A stretch of DNA of 64,000 nucleotides, taken from NCBI GenBank assembly GCA_034667725.1, contig JAXDQS010000006.1, positions 28,863 to 92,862 of the forward strand, in the 5' to 3' direction. The notes beneath the pieces were generated by a model. The model did no database searches, was not told the origin of the DNA, and worked only from the letters and a program-made list of their open reading frames with translations. A program made the translations under genes and the position numbers. The first letter of the stretch is position 1. Each line of letters begins with the position of its first letter. This document shows, in pieces, positions 8,432 through 18,118 of the stretch. Origin of the DNA: Thermoplasmata archaeon (GTDB lineage: Archaea > Thermoplasmatota > E2 > JACPAO01 > JAHFTW01).

Positions 8432-9189
8432 AGCGTGGCGGCGCCGCGCCAGCCGGGCGCCGGGTCGCGCTCGCCGTAGAGGTAGGTCACGGTGGCCTCG
8501 CCGGAGGAGCCGTCGGCCTCGACGACGGCGTGGGTGCGCTGGAGGCGGGCGTCGCGCACGACGGCATCGAGCGGCACGGTGCGGTCGCCCTCGGTGGCGT
8601 CGTAGGTGGCGTGGATGGTGCCGTCGCGCTGCCATTGGGCGTCCTTGAGCGCCATGCGGGGGAAGCTGCGGTCGCCGGAGACGGCGGTCAGCTCGGCGGC
8701 CAGGCGGGGGTTGTCGGCCAGGACGCGCTGGACGGCGGCGCGGAACGCCTCGGCGTCGGCGGGCGCGGGGCGGCAGGCCGCGACGGGGTTGGCGGTCTCG
8801 GCGTCGGCGTCCTTCAGCCCGAGGCCTTCGCCGTCGGCCACGCGCACGACGACGCGCTCGGGCGTGCAGGCGATGGCGATGCGGGCGGCCTGCGCGGCGG
8901 CGGTGAGGTTGCCGCCTTCGCCCTCGAGCCGGGTGTAGCGCAGCGTCGTCGTCCAGGCGTCGCCTTGGTGGTAGACGGTCTCGCCCTCGACGCCGATGCG
9001 CACCGCGGGGTCGTCGAGCCGCAGCACGACGAGCTGGGCGCGGGCGGCGCCGCCGGGGCCGAGCGCCTGCTCGGTGGCGGCCGGGGCGGCCGAGGCCTGC
9101 TCGCGGGCGAACGCGGGCGACGGCGACAGGCAGCCGGCCAGGAGGAGGGCGGGCACGAGGGCGAGGGCGGCGAGGCGCACGCTCCCCAT
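8428..9189 (-). CDS. Lipoprotein of unknown function
   Basis: Lipobox LLLAGC after a hydrophobic stretch (MGSVRLAALALVPALLLAGCLSP). Confidence 0.75.
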   Translation of the reverse strand: MGSVRLAALALVPALLLAGCLSPSPAFAREQASAAPAATEQALGPGGAARAQLVVLRLDDPAVRIGVEGETVYHQGDAWTTTLRYTRLEGEGGNLTAAAQAARIAIACTPERVVVRVADGEGLGLKDADAETANPVAACRPAPADAEAFRAAVQRVLADNPRLAAELTAVSGDRSFPRMALKDAQWQRDGTIHATYDATEGDRTVPLDAVVRDARLQRTHAVVEADGSSGEATVTYLYGERDPAPGWRGAATL

Positions 9190-9221
9190 GCCGCGCCGGC
9201 TCCCTTCAGGCTTGCGCTCCC

Positions 9222-12200
9222 TCAGCCGCCGAGGCTCACCGGCACGGGCGGCACCACGACGGGCGGCACGGTCAGGGGCAGCGGCGGCAGCGGCACGGGC
9301 AGCGGGGCCGGCGTGTCCATGTGGAACGTCGCGGTCTCCGACGGGTCCGAGTCCAGCCCGGCCGTGACGGCGACGACCTGGTAGTAGTTCGTCGCGTCGG
9401 AGGGGTTGGGCAGCGTGTCCTCGCAGGAGGTGACCGTGCCCGGCACCGTGGCGATGACGGTGCCCGTGTGGAACGGGTCCGGGCTGGTGCCGCGGTACAC
9501 GCGGTATTGGTCGATGGCGCAGTCGCCCGCGGGGGTCGCGGCGGCCCACGCGACGTGGACCCCGCCGGAGGCGCCCAGCGTGGCCGTGACGCCGCCCGGC
9601 GCGCTTGGCGCCTGGGGGGCGGCCGTGACGCCGACGACGCCCGAGGTGCCGCTGCCGCCGCCTCCGTTGTGGGAGGTGACGCGGTAGCTGTAGGCGCCGC
9701 AGGCCACCAGGCCGGGGTGCGTGAGCGAGGTCCCCGTCGTGGAGCCCAGCGGATACCATGCGCCCTCGCTGGCGAGGTTGTACTCGACGTCGTAGCGCTC
9801 AGGGCAGGCGGAGCCGGCGGCCCAGGAGAGCGTGGCCTGGTTGAGGCCGGCGTCGTAGGAGGCCGTGAGGCCCACGGGGGCCGAGTCGTCCGGCACCGTG
9901 ACCTGGAGGTGGTCCGTGGTGAAGGCGGTCATGCTGTAGGTGTAGGGCGGAACGGCGGGGTTGTTGCCCACGCCGACCTTGAGGTAGCGCGTCTGGCAGG
10001 GAACCAGCGACCAGCCTGGGACCTTGATGCTGTAGCCGCTCACGACGCCATCGGTGTAGGTCTCGGTGTAGTCCAGGATGGAGAAGCCCCAGCCGGCCGA
10101 GTAGGGGCCCGCGGGGTTCGTGCTGGAGTAGACTGTGGGGTGGTAGTCGGCGCAGTTGGCGGAGTTCTCCTGCGCGAACGACAGCGTGATGCGCAGGTCG
10201 CTGCCCTCCCGGGCGACCGTGCCCGAGAACAGGCCGACCGCCTCCGGGATCCAGTGGTAGGCCTTGAGCAGGCGCGGCGTGCCTGGCAGCCAGTAGTAGG
10301 GAATGTCGTCGCCGGGGCTCATGGTGTCGTAGGTCCACGCCTCGTCCGGCTTGTAGGTCAGCGTCGAGTACTCGTACTGGTGGCAGGCGAGCAGGCCCTC
10401 GTGCAGCGCCCACGAGCCGGTCCCGTGCCCGACCTTGCCGGCGGGGATGAAGTGGTCGTAGTAGATGCCGAGGAACGTCCACGGCGCATGGCTGTCCGGG
10501 TCGGCCGTGAGGTCGTGGTAGCCGATGACGTGCTTGTAGTTGCAGCCGTCGTTGGCCCAGTCCAGCGTCCAGCTCGGCGAGGGGGCCGGGTGGCGGCCGG
10601 ACAACGGCAGCGCCCTGATGGGCGCGTAGGGCGCCGTATGCGCGTTGTACCATTCCATGTCGCACGCCGAGGCGGACGAGTAGAAGTCGCACGGGTGCTG
10701 GGGCGAGTCGGCGTAGTTGTCGGTCGAGCCGGCGAGGTCCACCGGGTTGCTGCCGCGCCACTCGTGCATCGTGACGCCAAAGGTCTGGAAGATGCCGTCG
10801 CGGCAGATGGGCTCGTAGACGTACAGCGTGAGCGAGTTGCTCGGCCAGTCCGCGATCTTCTGCGGGAAGGTGCCGTCGACGCGGTGCAGCTCCAGCCGCT
10901 CGCCGCAGTTGGGCATGGCGCTGATGCGCAGCAGGTAGCGGTGCGAGGCGGCGTCGTGGCTGTCCACCGAGAGCGTGACGTCGGTGGGCGGGCCGGTGTA
11001 CTCGCCCGCCGAGCTCGGGGCGCGCCAGGACATCAGCAGGGGCGTGCCGGCGCCGACGCTGTTGTGGGGCGTGACGCGGATGTCCACCAGCTCGCAGTCG
11101 CCGACGGGCTCGAGGTCCACTCCGGCCGTGAGGGAGTGCTCGCCGACCGGGACCGTGTAGGACTTGTGGTAAGCGCCGATGGTGGTCTCCACGACGTAGC
11201 GGGTGGGCCGGCAGTCGTTCTGGTCGATGTTCCAGGCCAGGCGGGCGCTGTGGGTGCTGGCGCGGTAGTCGGGCTGGTAGCCGGCGTCCACCCACGGGGC
11301 GTTGGGCGGCTTGGTGGGGGTCGTGGTGTCGGTGAAGGGGAAGGCGCGGGCGTTCTTGTTGTCGCCGCGCTCCGTCCAGAACGCCTCGGCGACGTTGCGG
11401 CCGTAGAGCGCCTCGTTGACGGCGTCCTTGGTCTCGACTTGCGCCTGGTACCGGGTGCACCATTGCAACGGCAGGGCGCGCGTGGTGCCGGTGCCCAGGG
11501 CCGCGTCCGAGTTGGTGCGCTGGCCGTAGCGGGTCGCCTCGACCTTGTGCAGGTTGTTCCAGGTCGGGACGGTGGGGGCGAGGTAGTTGCAGACCGGGTC
11601 GAGCCAGTCCCAAGACAGCGTCTTGCTGGCTTCGTCGATGGTGGCGGTCATGCCGCCGCCCGGGGAGTATGCCACGTCCCAGCGGCCGCATTCGCTGTCG
11701 CCGTAGGGGTCGCAGGCGTCGCCGGCGCCGTTGGCGTTGGCGTCGGCGGCCGTCCCATAGAGCTCGACGCAGGGGTCGGAGCCGTCGGCGAGGCCGTCGC
11801 AGTCGTAGTCGCCGGCGGTGGGGGTGTCCATGGCGACGTCCAAGGTACGGATGGCCATGTCCTCGAACGTGCTCTCCGTGAGGCGTTCGCCGAAGGTCAC
11901 GAGCACCCGATAGGGGGACGCATCCATCGGGACGGGCATGGTGCGGGTGAAGGGCAACGTGAAGTCGGCGCGCTTGAACTCCTCCCGCCGAGGGGACGCA
12001 TCGACGAGGTGGCGATTGACGTGGCGGGTGTCCTTGGCGAAGCTGTCGTAGGAGACGATGACGTCCTTCCAGGCGGGGTCCCAGGCGACGGCCGAGATGG
12101 TGAGGGACACCCTGTTGCAGGAGCTGTCGAGGCTCCAGGTGACGTCGCCGCTGCCGTCGTTGTGGTTGGCGGCCTGGGTCGAGGCGGCGATGGCCGCAAG

Positions 12201-12248
12201 GGCCAGAAGGGCAAGGAAGGGAAGCAGGCGAGCTCGCAGGGGGACCAC
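9222..12248 (-). CDS. Large secreted protein with TSP3-like Ca-binding motif and multiple fibronectin type III-like domains
   Basis: Signal peptide; DYDCDGLADGSDPC...DANANGAGDACD; Fn3 patterns such as ATLSWAA...YDVEY...YSYRVTSHNGGG and PSAPGGVTA...YRVYRG...YYQVVAV. Confidence 0.85.
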   Translation of the reverse strand: MVPLRARLLPFLALLALAAIAASTQAANHNDGSGDVTWSLDSSCNRVSLTISAVAWDPAWKDVIVSYDSFAKDTRHVNRHLVDASPRREEFKRADFTLPFTRTMPVPMDASPYRVLVTFGERLTESTFEDMAIRTLDVAMDTPTAGDYDCDGLADGSDPCVELYGTAADANANGAGDACDPYGDSECGRWDVAYSPGGGMTATIDEASKTLSWDWLDPVCNYLAPTVPTWNNLHKVEATRYGQRTNSDAALGTGTTRALPLQWCTRYQAQVETKDAVNEALYGRNVAEAFWTERGDNKNARAFPFTDTTTPTKPPNAPWVDAGYQPDYRASTHSARLAWNIDQNDCRPTRYVVETTIGAYHKSYTVPVGEHSLTAGVDLEPVGDCELVDIRVTPHNSVGAGTPLLMSWRAPSSAGEYTGPPTDVTLSVDSHDAASHRYLLRISAMPNCGERLELHRVDGTFPQKIADWPSNSLTLYVYEPICRDGIFQTFGVTMHEWRGSNPVDLAGSTDNYADSPQHPCDFYSSASACDMEWYNAHTAPYAPIRALPLSGRHPAPSPSWTLDWANDGCNYKHVIGYHDLTADPDSHAPWTFLGIYYDHFIPAGKVGHGTGSWALHEGLLACHQYEYSTLTYKPDEAWTYDTMSPGDDIPYYWLPGTPRLLKAYHWIPEAVGLFSGTVAREGSDLRITLSFAQENSANCADYHPTVYSSTNPAGPYSAGWGFSILDYTETYTDGVVSGYSIKVPGWSLVPCQTRYLKVGVGNNPAVPPYTYSMTAFTTDHLQVTVPDDSAPVGLTASYDAGLNQATLSWAAGSACPERYDVEYNLASEGAWYPLGSTTGTSLTHPGLVACGAYSYRVTSHNGGGGSGTSGVVGVTAAPQAPSAPGGVTATLGASGGVHVAWAAATPAGDCAIDQYRVYRGTSPDPFHTGTVIATVPGTVTSCEDTLPNPSDATNYYQVVAVTAGLDSDPSETATFHMDTPAPLPVPLPPLPLTVPPVVVPPVPVSLGG

Positions 12249-12304
12249 CAAGGCGCAGCTACCTGGGCGCCGCTTTGAAGGTTGCCAGGGCGGAGGCTTC
12301 GCGC

Positions 12305-14083
12305 CTAAGCGTGCAGCCAGACGCCGCGGGTGGGCGACTCGACGCGGACGAAGCCGAAGCGCTCGAACTGCACGACGCGGCCCGGCTCGGCGACGGCGGC
12401 GGCCTCGACCATGCCGTGGATCTCCAAGAGCGGCGGGACCTCGATCTCCTTCTGGTCCTTGCCGGCGGGCGCCTCGCCGCCTTCGTCGTCGAGCGCCGCG
12501 GCCTCGTCGTCGGCCAGGAACGCCGGCTTGAGGACCGTGAACGGCTTGGCCTCCGACCTGGGGAGCCACTGCACGATGCCCATGGTGCGGTCCATGGCGT
12601 CGCCGGCGAACGACGCGCGGGCGCCTTGGACGGCGATGTTGCCGAGGTCCTTCAGGCGCAGCTGCGGGGCCAGGTCGCCTTTGGGGATGTAGATGTCGGG
12701 CTCGGCGGCAAGGACGCGATGGCCGGCGTCCGGCGTGCTAGGCAGCAGCAGCGGCTTGGCGACACGGCCGGCGATGCCGTCGACGTGCAGCGGGGCGGGG
12801 TCGGGGACGAAGAAGTAGCGGCGGGCCTCGGGCTCGATGGCCTTGGCGTCCTCGGCGTCCAGGTTGCTGAGGCTGATCGCGATGTCCTTCTCGGTGAGGC
12901 CCAGGGACACCCAGAAGGCGCGGATGGCTTGGGGAGCGTAGCCGCGGCGGCGCAGGGCGGCGAGGCAGGGGAGGCGGGGGTCGTCCCAGCCGGAGAACTT
13001 GCCGGCCTCGATGGCGCGGCGCATCATGCTGGTGCTGAACTTGCCGAACTCGTGGACCGACACGCGGCCCCAGTAGAGCGTCTCCGGGTAGGTCCAGCCC
13101 ATGTGGGCGTAGAGGAACGCCTGCTTGCGGGTGGAGTCCATGAGGTCCTTGCCGCGGATGACGTGCGTGACGCCTTGCAGGTGGTCCTCGATGGCGCTCT
13201 GGAAGTCCAGCAGGGGCCAGGCGTGGTGGCGCGGAATCTCGCCCTTGCGCTCGCGGGGATGGATGGCGTCCTTCGCCACGACGCGGAACGCGGTCCAGTC
13301 GCGCAGCCCCGGGTGCGGGTGGGTGATGTCGGTCTTGACCCGGAGCACGGCGGCGCCCTTCGGGGTGGTGCCGTCGCACATGGCGTCGAAGCCGGCGAGG
13401 TTGTCCGCCACGGACTGGCCGCGGTGCGGGCACGCCGTCTTGGCCTCCTTGAGGGCACGGAACGCGTCGCCCTCGCAGCCGCAGACGTAGCCGCCGCCGG
13501 CCCGGATCAGGTCGCGCGCGGCCTCCTGGTAGATCGGGATGCGGTCGCTTGCCCGCAGTTCCCGCGTCGGCGCGCGGCCGGTGAGCCACTGGAAGTCGTC
13601 GCGGATCATCTGGTAGCCGTCCCAGCCGCGCTTGTCGTCCATCAAGGGGGGCTTGACCTGGGGGTCGGTGTCGTCGAAGCGCAGCAGCAGCTCGGAGCCG
13701 GGATAGGTGCGCCAGTATTCGGCCAGGATCGACACGCCGCGCGAGTGCCCCAGCGACAGCGGCCCGTTCGGGTTGGGCGCGAACCGCATCACGACCTTGC
13801 CCTGGACGTTGGGCAGCTCCTTCAGCCCGGCCCGCTTCTCCTTCTTCTGGACCTGCAGCAGCTCGGGCGCCTCGGCCTCCAGCGCGGCCTTCTGGGCCTC
13901 CGGCGCCATGGCGTTGACCGCGGCGGCGGCGGCCTCCAAGGCGGCGGCGACGGCGGCGGCCTGGGCCCGCAGCTCGGGCTGGCTCGCCATGATGCGGCCG
14001 ACCAGCTGCTTGCCGTTGGCCTTGCCGCCGTGCTGGACGGCGTTCTGGAGGCACATCCGGCGCGCCAAGGTCTCCAGGTCCAC
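12305..14083 (-). CDS. gltX: Glutamate--tRNA ligase, archaeal type
   Basis: N-terminal LQNAVQHGGKA, MRFAPNPNGPLSLGH, LRFDDTDP, THVIRGKD, GWDDPRLP, VQFERFGFVR. Confidence 0.95.
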   Translation of the reverse strand: MDLETLARRMCLQNAVQHGGKANGKQLVGRIMASQPELRAQAAAVAAALEAAAAAVNAMAPEAQKAALEAEAPELLQVQKKEKRAGLKELPNVQGKVVMRFAPNPNGPLSLGHSRGVSILAEYWRTYPGSELLLRFDDTDPQVKPPLMDDKRGWDGYQMIRDDFQWLTGRAPTRELRASDRIPIYQEAARDLIRAGGGYVCGCEGDAFRALKEAKTACPHRGQSVADNLAGFDAMCDGTTPKGAAVLRVKTDITHPHPGLRDWTAFRVVAKDAIHPRERKGEIPRHHAWPLLDFQSAIEDHLQGVTHVIRGKDLMDSTRKQAFLYAHMGWTYPETLYWGRVSVHEFGKFSTSMMRRAIEAGKFSGWDDPRLPCLAALRRRGYAPQAIRAFWVSLGLTEKDIAISLSNLDAEDAKAIEPEARRYFFVPDPAPLHVDGIAGRVAKPLLLPSTPDAGHRVLAAEPDIYIPKGDLAPQLRLKDLGNIAVQGARASFAGDAMDRTMGIVQWLPRSEAKPFTVLKPAFLADDEAAALDDEGGEAPAGKDQKEIEVPPLLEIHGMVEAAAVAEPGRVVQFERFGFVRVESPTRGVWLHA

Positions 14084-14175
14084 GGCCGCGGCGAGGCAGG
14101 TCCTTGATAAAGCAGGTTCGTCCTTCAAGACCCTTTGCCTCCGAGGTTTATCTCTGGAACCAAGAGACTCCGGTC

Positions 14176-14538
14176 ATGGACAAGCCTCATCCGGTCGCCC
14201 TCGTGGTGGAGGACGCCAAGACGGACGGCGAGGTGCTTTCCCGCCTGCTGGCGGCCTTGGGGTGCCGAACCGACTGGGTGCGCGACGGCCGGGCCGGCGT
14301 GCTGGCCGCGTGCAGCGGCTCCTACGACTTCGTCTTCATGGACATCGAGATGCCGCGCATGAACGGCCTGGCCGCGACCCGGGCCATCCAGGAGCAGCTC
14401 GGCCCCAACAGCCCCTTCATCGTCGCCGTCAGCGGCCACCGCGGCAACTCCGACCGCCAGGCCTGCGCCGACGCCGGCATGGACTACTTCATCGAGAAGC
14501 CGGTGCGGAAGCGGAACCTGGAGACCATCCTGGCCTGA
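14176..14538 (+). CDS. Single-domain response regulator (receiver)
   Basis: LVVED, YDFVFMDIEMPRMNG, AVS, AGMDYFIEKPV. Confidence 0.9.
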   Translation: MDKPHPVALVVEDAKTDGEVLSRLLAALGCRTDWVRDGRAGVLAACSGSYDFVFMDIEMPRMNGLAATRAIQEQLGPNSPFIVAVSGHRGNSDRQACADAGMDYFIEKPVRKRNLETILA

Positions 14539-14585
14539 GCCTCTGACCTCGCCCTCTTAACCGACCCGGCCTTCGGCGGCCTGCC

Positions 14586-15584
14586 ATGGATGCCATCCTC
14601 CTCGCGGGCGGCTACGGCACCCGCCTCCGCCCCCTCACCTACACGCGCCCGAAGCCCCTCCTGCCCGTCGCGGGCCGCCCCATGGTGGAATGGGTCATCG
14701 ACCGGCTGCCGCCGGAGACCCGCCGCGTCGTCGTGGCCGTCAACTGGAAGGCCCAGGCCCTCGGCGCCTACTTCGCCGCCCGCGAGCGCAAGCGCGGCGA
14801 GCACCTGGAGTTCGTCGTGGTGCGCGAGGAGGAGCCGCTCGGCACCGGGGGTGCCGCCAAGAACTGCGAGCGCCACCTGGAGTCCGACCGGTTCCTGGTG
14901 CTCAACGCCGACATCGTCTCCTCCATGGACCTGGCCGCGATGGCGCGGGTCCACAAGGCCCACGGCGGCGTCGGCACCATCAGCCTGAAGGAGGTCGCCC
15001 CCGCCGAGGTGGTCAACTTCGGCGTCGTCGAGCCCGGCCCGCCCCACCCGTCCGGCGCCATCCCGATCAAGTCGTTCGTCGAGAAGCCGAAAGACCCCAG
15101 CCTGGCCCCGAGCCGCCTTATCAACGCCGGCGCCTACCTGCTGGAGCGCCGCGTCCTCGACCTCGTCCCCGCCGGCCGCCTGGTGTCGATGGAGAAGGAG
15201 ATTTTCCCGCAACTGATTCCCCAGGGCTTCTACGGCCACCCGTTCACGGGCCACTGGATCGACGTCGGCGATCCCCAGCGCCTGCTGCAGGCGGCCCACC
15301 AGCTCGACGCGCGCTACGCCGTCGGCCCCGGCAGCCGCGTCGACCCGAGCGCCAAGTTCGAGGGCTCGGTCGCCGGGCGCGACTGCACCGTCGGCGCCGG
15401 CGCCACGGTGGAGCGCTGCGTGCTGGGCGACGCCGTCACGGTGGCCGCGGGCGTGCGGCTGGCGGACTGCGTCGTCGGCGACGGCGAGCGGGTCGCGGCG
15501 GACGCGACCGGGCAGCGAATCTGGTCGAAGCCGGTGCCGGCGGGGTACCCGCAGAAGCAGGTCGGGAACTCGCTGGCCGTCTGA
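14586..15584 (+). CDS. NDP-sugar pyrophosphorylase (mannose-1-P guanylyltransferase-like)
   Basis: AILLAGGYGTRLRPLT..PKPLLPV, EPLGTGGA, FVEKP, INAGAY, WIDVG, C-terminal hexapeptide-like region. Confidence 0.92.
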   Translation: MDAILLAGGYGTRLRPLTYTRPKPLLPVAGRPMVEWVIDRLPPETRRVVVAVNWKAQALGAYFAARERKRGEHLEFVVVREEEPLGTGGAAKNCERHLESDRFLVLNADIVSSMDLAAMARVHKAHGGVGTISLKEVAPAEVVNFGVVEPGPPHPSGAIPIKSFVEKPKDPSLAPSRLINAGAYLLERRVLDLVPAGRLVSMEKEIFPQLIPQGFYGHPFTGHWIDVGDPQRLLQAAHQLDARYAVGPGSRVDPSAKFEGSVAGRDCTVGAGATVERCVLGDAVTVAAGVRLADCVVGDGERVAADATGQRIWSKPVPAGYPQKQVGNSLAV

Positions 15585-15600
15585 GCCGCCACGCGCACGG

Positions 15601-15935
15601 CGGACACAGGCTCACAGAGCGCCCCACCTGGACACAGATTCCACAGAGGCTCTGTGGGAATCTTCCGAATCTGTGCGAATCAGTGCTCGTTGCGTGCCCG
15701 ACTGGACACAGATTCCACAGAGCGCCCAACCTGGACACAGATTCCACGGATCTCTGAGGGAATCTTCCGAATCTGAGGAAATCAGTGCTCGTCGCGCGCC
15801 CGACGCACACAGATTCCACAGACCCAGACTTTGGTTCTGGCGGGGCCTAGACAAAAATTCCACAGAGTTCTGAGGAAATCTTCCGAATCCGTGCAAATCA
15901 GTGCTCGTCGCGCGCCGACTGGACACAGGTTCCAC
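15601..15935. repeat. Modular palindromic repeat array, copy 2 (inverted relative to copies 1 and 3)
   Basis: GGACACAGATTCCACAG and CTGTGGGAATCTTCCGAATCTG..AATCAGTGC units between convergent genes. Confidence 0.9.
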
Positions 15936-15956
15936 CGGCCGCCGCTGCCGGGCAGG

Positions 15957-16478
15957 CTAATCGAACGACAGCTTCGCCTGCGGCGACTTCTCGACGATGC
16001 GCACGTCGCTGAGCTTGCCGCGGGCGCGGATGCGGCGGCCGTAGTGCGTCAGGATGGTGCCGACGACCAGGAGCAGCAGCGACACCGTCGCCATGACGAC
16101 GATGAGGCGGACGGCGCCGTTGTCGACGCCGGTCGCCAGGTAGTAGCGGTCGGGGTAGACGTAGGCGAACGTGACCAGGGTCGCGATGCCGGCGAGGGCG
16201 CCGAGGATGGTGGTGGCGAAGCCGACCGTGCCGAGGCGGCTCGTGGTGTTGGCGAGCTCCAGGTCGACCTTCTGCTGGACGTCCACCTCGCCGCGGGTCT
16301 GCTGGTGGGTCTCGATGTCGAGCACCAGCACGTCGTCGGCGGGCAGGCCGTCGGGGTCGGGCTCCTCGTAGATGACGAGGTAGTCGTGGTCCTGGGGCGG
16401 CGGGGCGGCCGGCTCCGGGGGGGATGCCTTGCGGGCGGGCGCCTTGGCGGCGGGCTTGGCGGGCTTCCGGGCGGCCAT
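15957..16478 (-). CDS. 2-TM membrane protein, hypothetical
   Basis: Two hydrophobic helices; start overlaps the upstream stop (TGATG). Confidence 0.75.
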   Translation of the reverse strand: MAARKPAKPAAKAPARKASPPEPAAPPPQDHDYLVIYEEPDPDGLPADDVLVLDIETHQQTRGEVDVQQKVDLELANTTSRLGTVGFATTILGALAGIATLVTFAYVYPDRYYLATGVDNGAVRLIVVMATVSLLLLVVGTILTHYGRRIRARGKLSDVRIVEKSPQAKLSFD

Positions 16479-16840
16479 CAGTGCATGACCTCCAGTTCCT
16501 TGGTGGCGAACTGGTCGAGGCGGCCGGAGCCGAGGACCGTGCGGCCGTAGAAGAAGCTCGACGTCCCCAAGAACAGCAGCACGATGCCGCTGCCGAGGAA
16601 CAGGACGGCCTGCTTGATGACCTCGCGCGGGGCGGCGCTGGGGTACTGGACGCCGAAGATGACGAGGCCGACGAGGGCGGACAGGACGCCGAGCACCAAG
16701 GCGACGACGCCGAAGACGGCGAGGCCGGTCATGTGCGAGTCGACGGCCACGTTGATCTCCGCGTTCAGGTCGCGGCGGTCCTCGAGGCGGGTCGGGGTCA
16801 GCTCAGGCTGGATGTTGACGCGGATGCGGTTCTCGCTCAT
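16478..16840 (-). CDS. 2-TM membrane protein, hypothetical (probable paralogue of 15957..16478)
   Basis: Two TM helices followed by YGR...G(R/K)L in both proteins. Confidence 0.75.
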   Translation of the reverse strand: MSENRIRVNIQPELTPTRLEDRRDLNAEINVAVDSHMTGLAVFGVVALVLGVLSALVGLVIFGVQYPSAAPREVIKQAVLFLGSGIVLLFLGTSSFFYGRTVLGSGRLDQFATKELEVMH

Positions 16841-16843
16841 GGT

Positions 16844-18118
16844 TCACCGCAGGTTCTTCTCGATGTCGATGGGCATGGAGGCGATGACGTTGCGGCCCTC
16901 GGCGGCCAGCTTCTGCATGGCCTCCTCGCGGCTGGCGGCGCGCACCCGCAGGATGCGGACGCGCTTGCGGGGCTGGCCCTGCTGGGTGTCCGCGCTCGGG
17001 TTGCCCACCATGTCGACGTCGGTCGGGTAGCCGTCGCCGCCCTCGGCGCTGCGGCGCAGGAACGGCCGGCCGGTCTCGGGGTTCTCCGCGACCTCGTAGC
17101 CTTCGGGGATGGCGGCCGGGTCGCCGCCTTCGGGCGTGCCGCGGCTGAAGAAGTAGACGCGCTGGGGCTGGTCGCCGCGCAGCTCGTCGCGCTTGTAGAG
17201 CGTCCAGTCGCCGTACTGGAACGGCTCGTCGGGGGAGCCGACCGCCTGCTCCCAGGCGCCCTCGTCGCTGGCCTGGGCCTGGGCCTGCGCCGGCGGCGCC
17301 GCGCCGGCCGCGAACTCGCCGGTCGCCGGGTCCGCGACCTCCCAGCCTTGGGCCTGGAGGCGCTCGGCCTCGCGGGCCGGGTCGAGCGGCTCGGCGATGG
17401 CCTCGTTGACGTCGACGGCCTGGAACTCGACTAAGGGCTCGCCGACCTGGAACTGTTCGCCGGCGGCCGTGCCCGCCGCGCCGGCCTCGCCTGCGGGCAG
17501 GTCGAGCGTGCTCGAGCCGTCCGCGGGGGCCGTGCCGGTGAAGTCCGCGCCGCCGTCGCCGGCGGGCGCGACCTCCGCGCCGCCGACCGGGGCGTCGGTC
17601 TTGAGCGACTCGAGGTCGAGCTCGGTGCCCGAGCCGTCGCCTTCGCCTTCGGCAGGGGCGCCGTCGGGCACCTCGACCGTGGCGTCCTCGGCCTTGGCGG
17701 CGTTGTCGCCCCAGTCGTCGAAGTCGGACAGGTCGCCCTCGGCGACCAGGCGGTCCACTTCCTCCATGGAGGGGCCGCCTTCGAAGACCTCCGTGCCGGC
17801 CTCCATGCCGGCGCCGAGGCCGAGCGGGTCGGTGGCAAGCTCGCTGGCGTCGACGCCGATGGCGAGGCTGAACTGGCGCAGGCCGGGGCCGGTGTACTCG
17901 ACCTCGATGCGGCGCTCGCCGTCGTCGGGCGCTGCCGTGCCGGTCGGGGCCGGGGCCGCGGGGGTGCCGAGGCGCTCGCCGAGGGCCGCGCTGATTTCGG
18001 CCTCCGAGTAGCCGAGCCGGCGCAGCATGGACTCCAGGTAGGGGCGGTCCGAGGCCGCGGCGGGGTCCAGCGCCAGGGTGTCGAGCGTGCGCCGGACGGG
18101 ATCGACAGCAGTCGCCAT
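16844..18118 (-). CDS. Acidic, largely disordered protein with small conserved C-terminal domains
   Basis: ATG at 18118 (MATAVDPV); Asp/Glu/Ala/Gly-rich core; WTLYKR...VYFFSR...IPEGYEVAENPETGRPFLRR domain. Confidence 0.8.
   Translation of the reverse strand: MATAVDPVRRTLDTLALDPAAASDRPYLESMLRRLGYSEAEISAALGERLGTPAAPAPTGTAAPDDGERRIEVEYTGPGLRQFSLAIGVDASELATDPLGLGAGMEAGTEVFEGGPSMEEVDRLVAEGDLSDFDDWGDNAAKAEDATVEVPDGAPAEGEGDGSGTELDLESLKTDAPVGGAEVAPAGDGGADFTGTAPADGSSTLDLPAGEAGAAGTAAGEQFQVGEPLVEFQAVDVNEAIAEPLDPAREAERLQAQGWEVADPATGEFAAGAAPPAQAQAQASDEGAWEQAVGSPDEPFQYGDWTLYKRDELRGDQPQRVYFFSRGTPEGGDPAAIPEGYEVAENPETGRPFLRRSAEGGDGYPTDVDMVGNPSADTQQGQPRKRVRILRVRAASREEAMQKLAAEGRNVIASMPIDIEKNLR

Noticed and set aside
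15436-15935. Short ORFs with LWNLC, ESVS and TDSTD peptides (also near 7128-7724 and 60745-61462)
   Set aside because: These are translations of the repeat arrays, with no independent coding evidence
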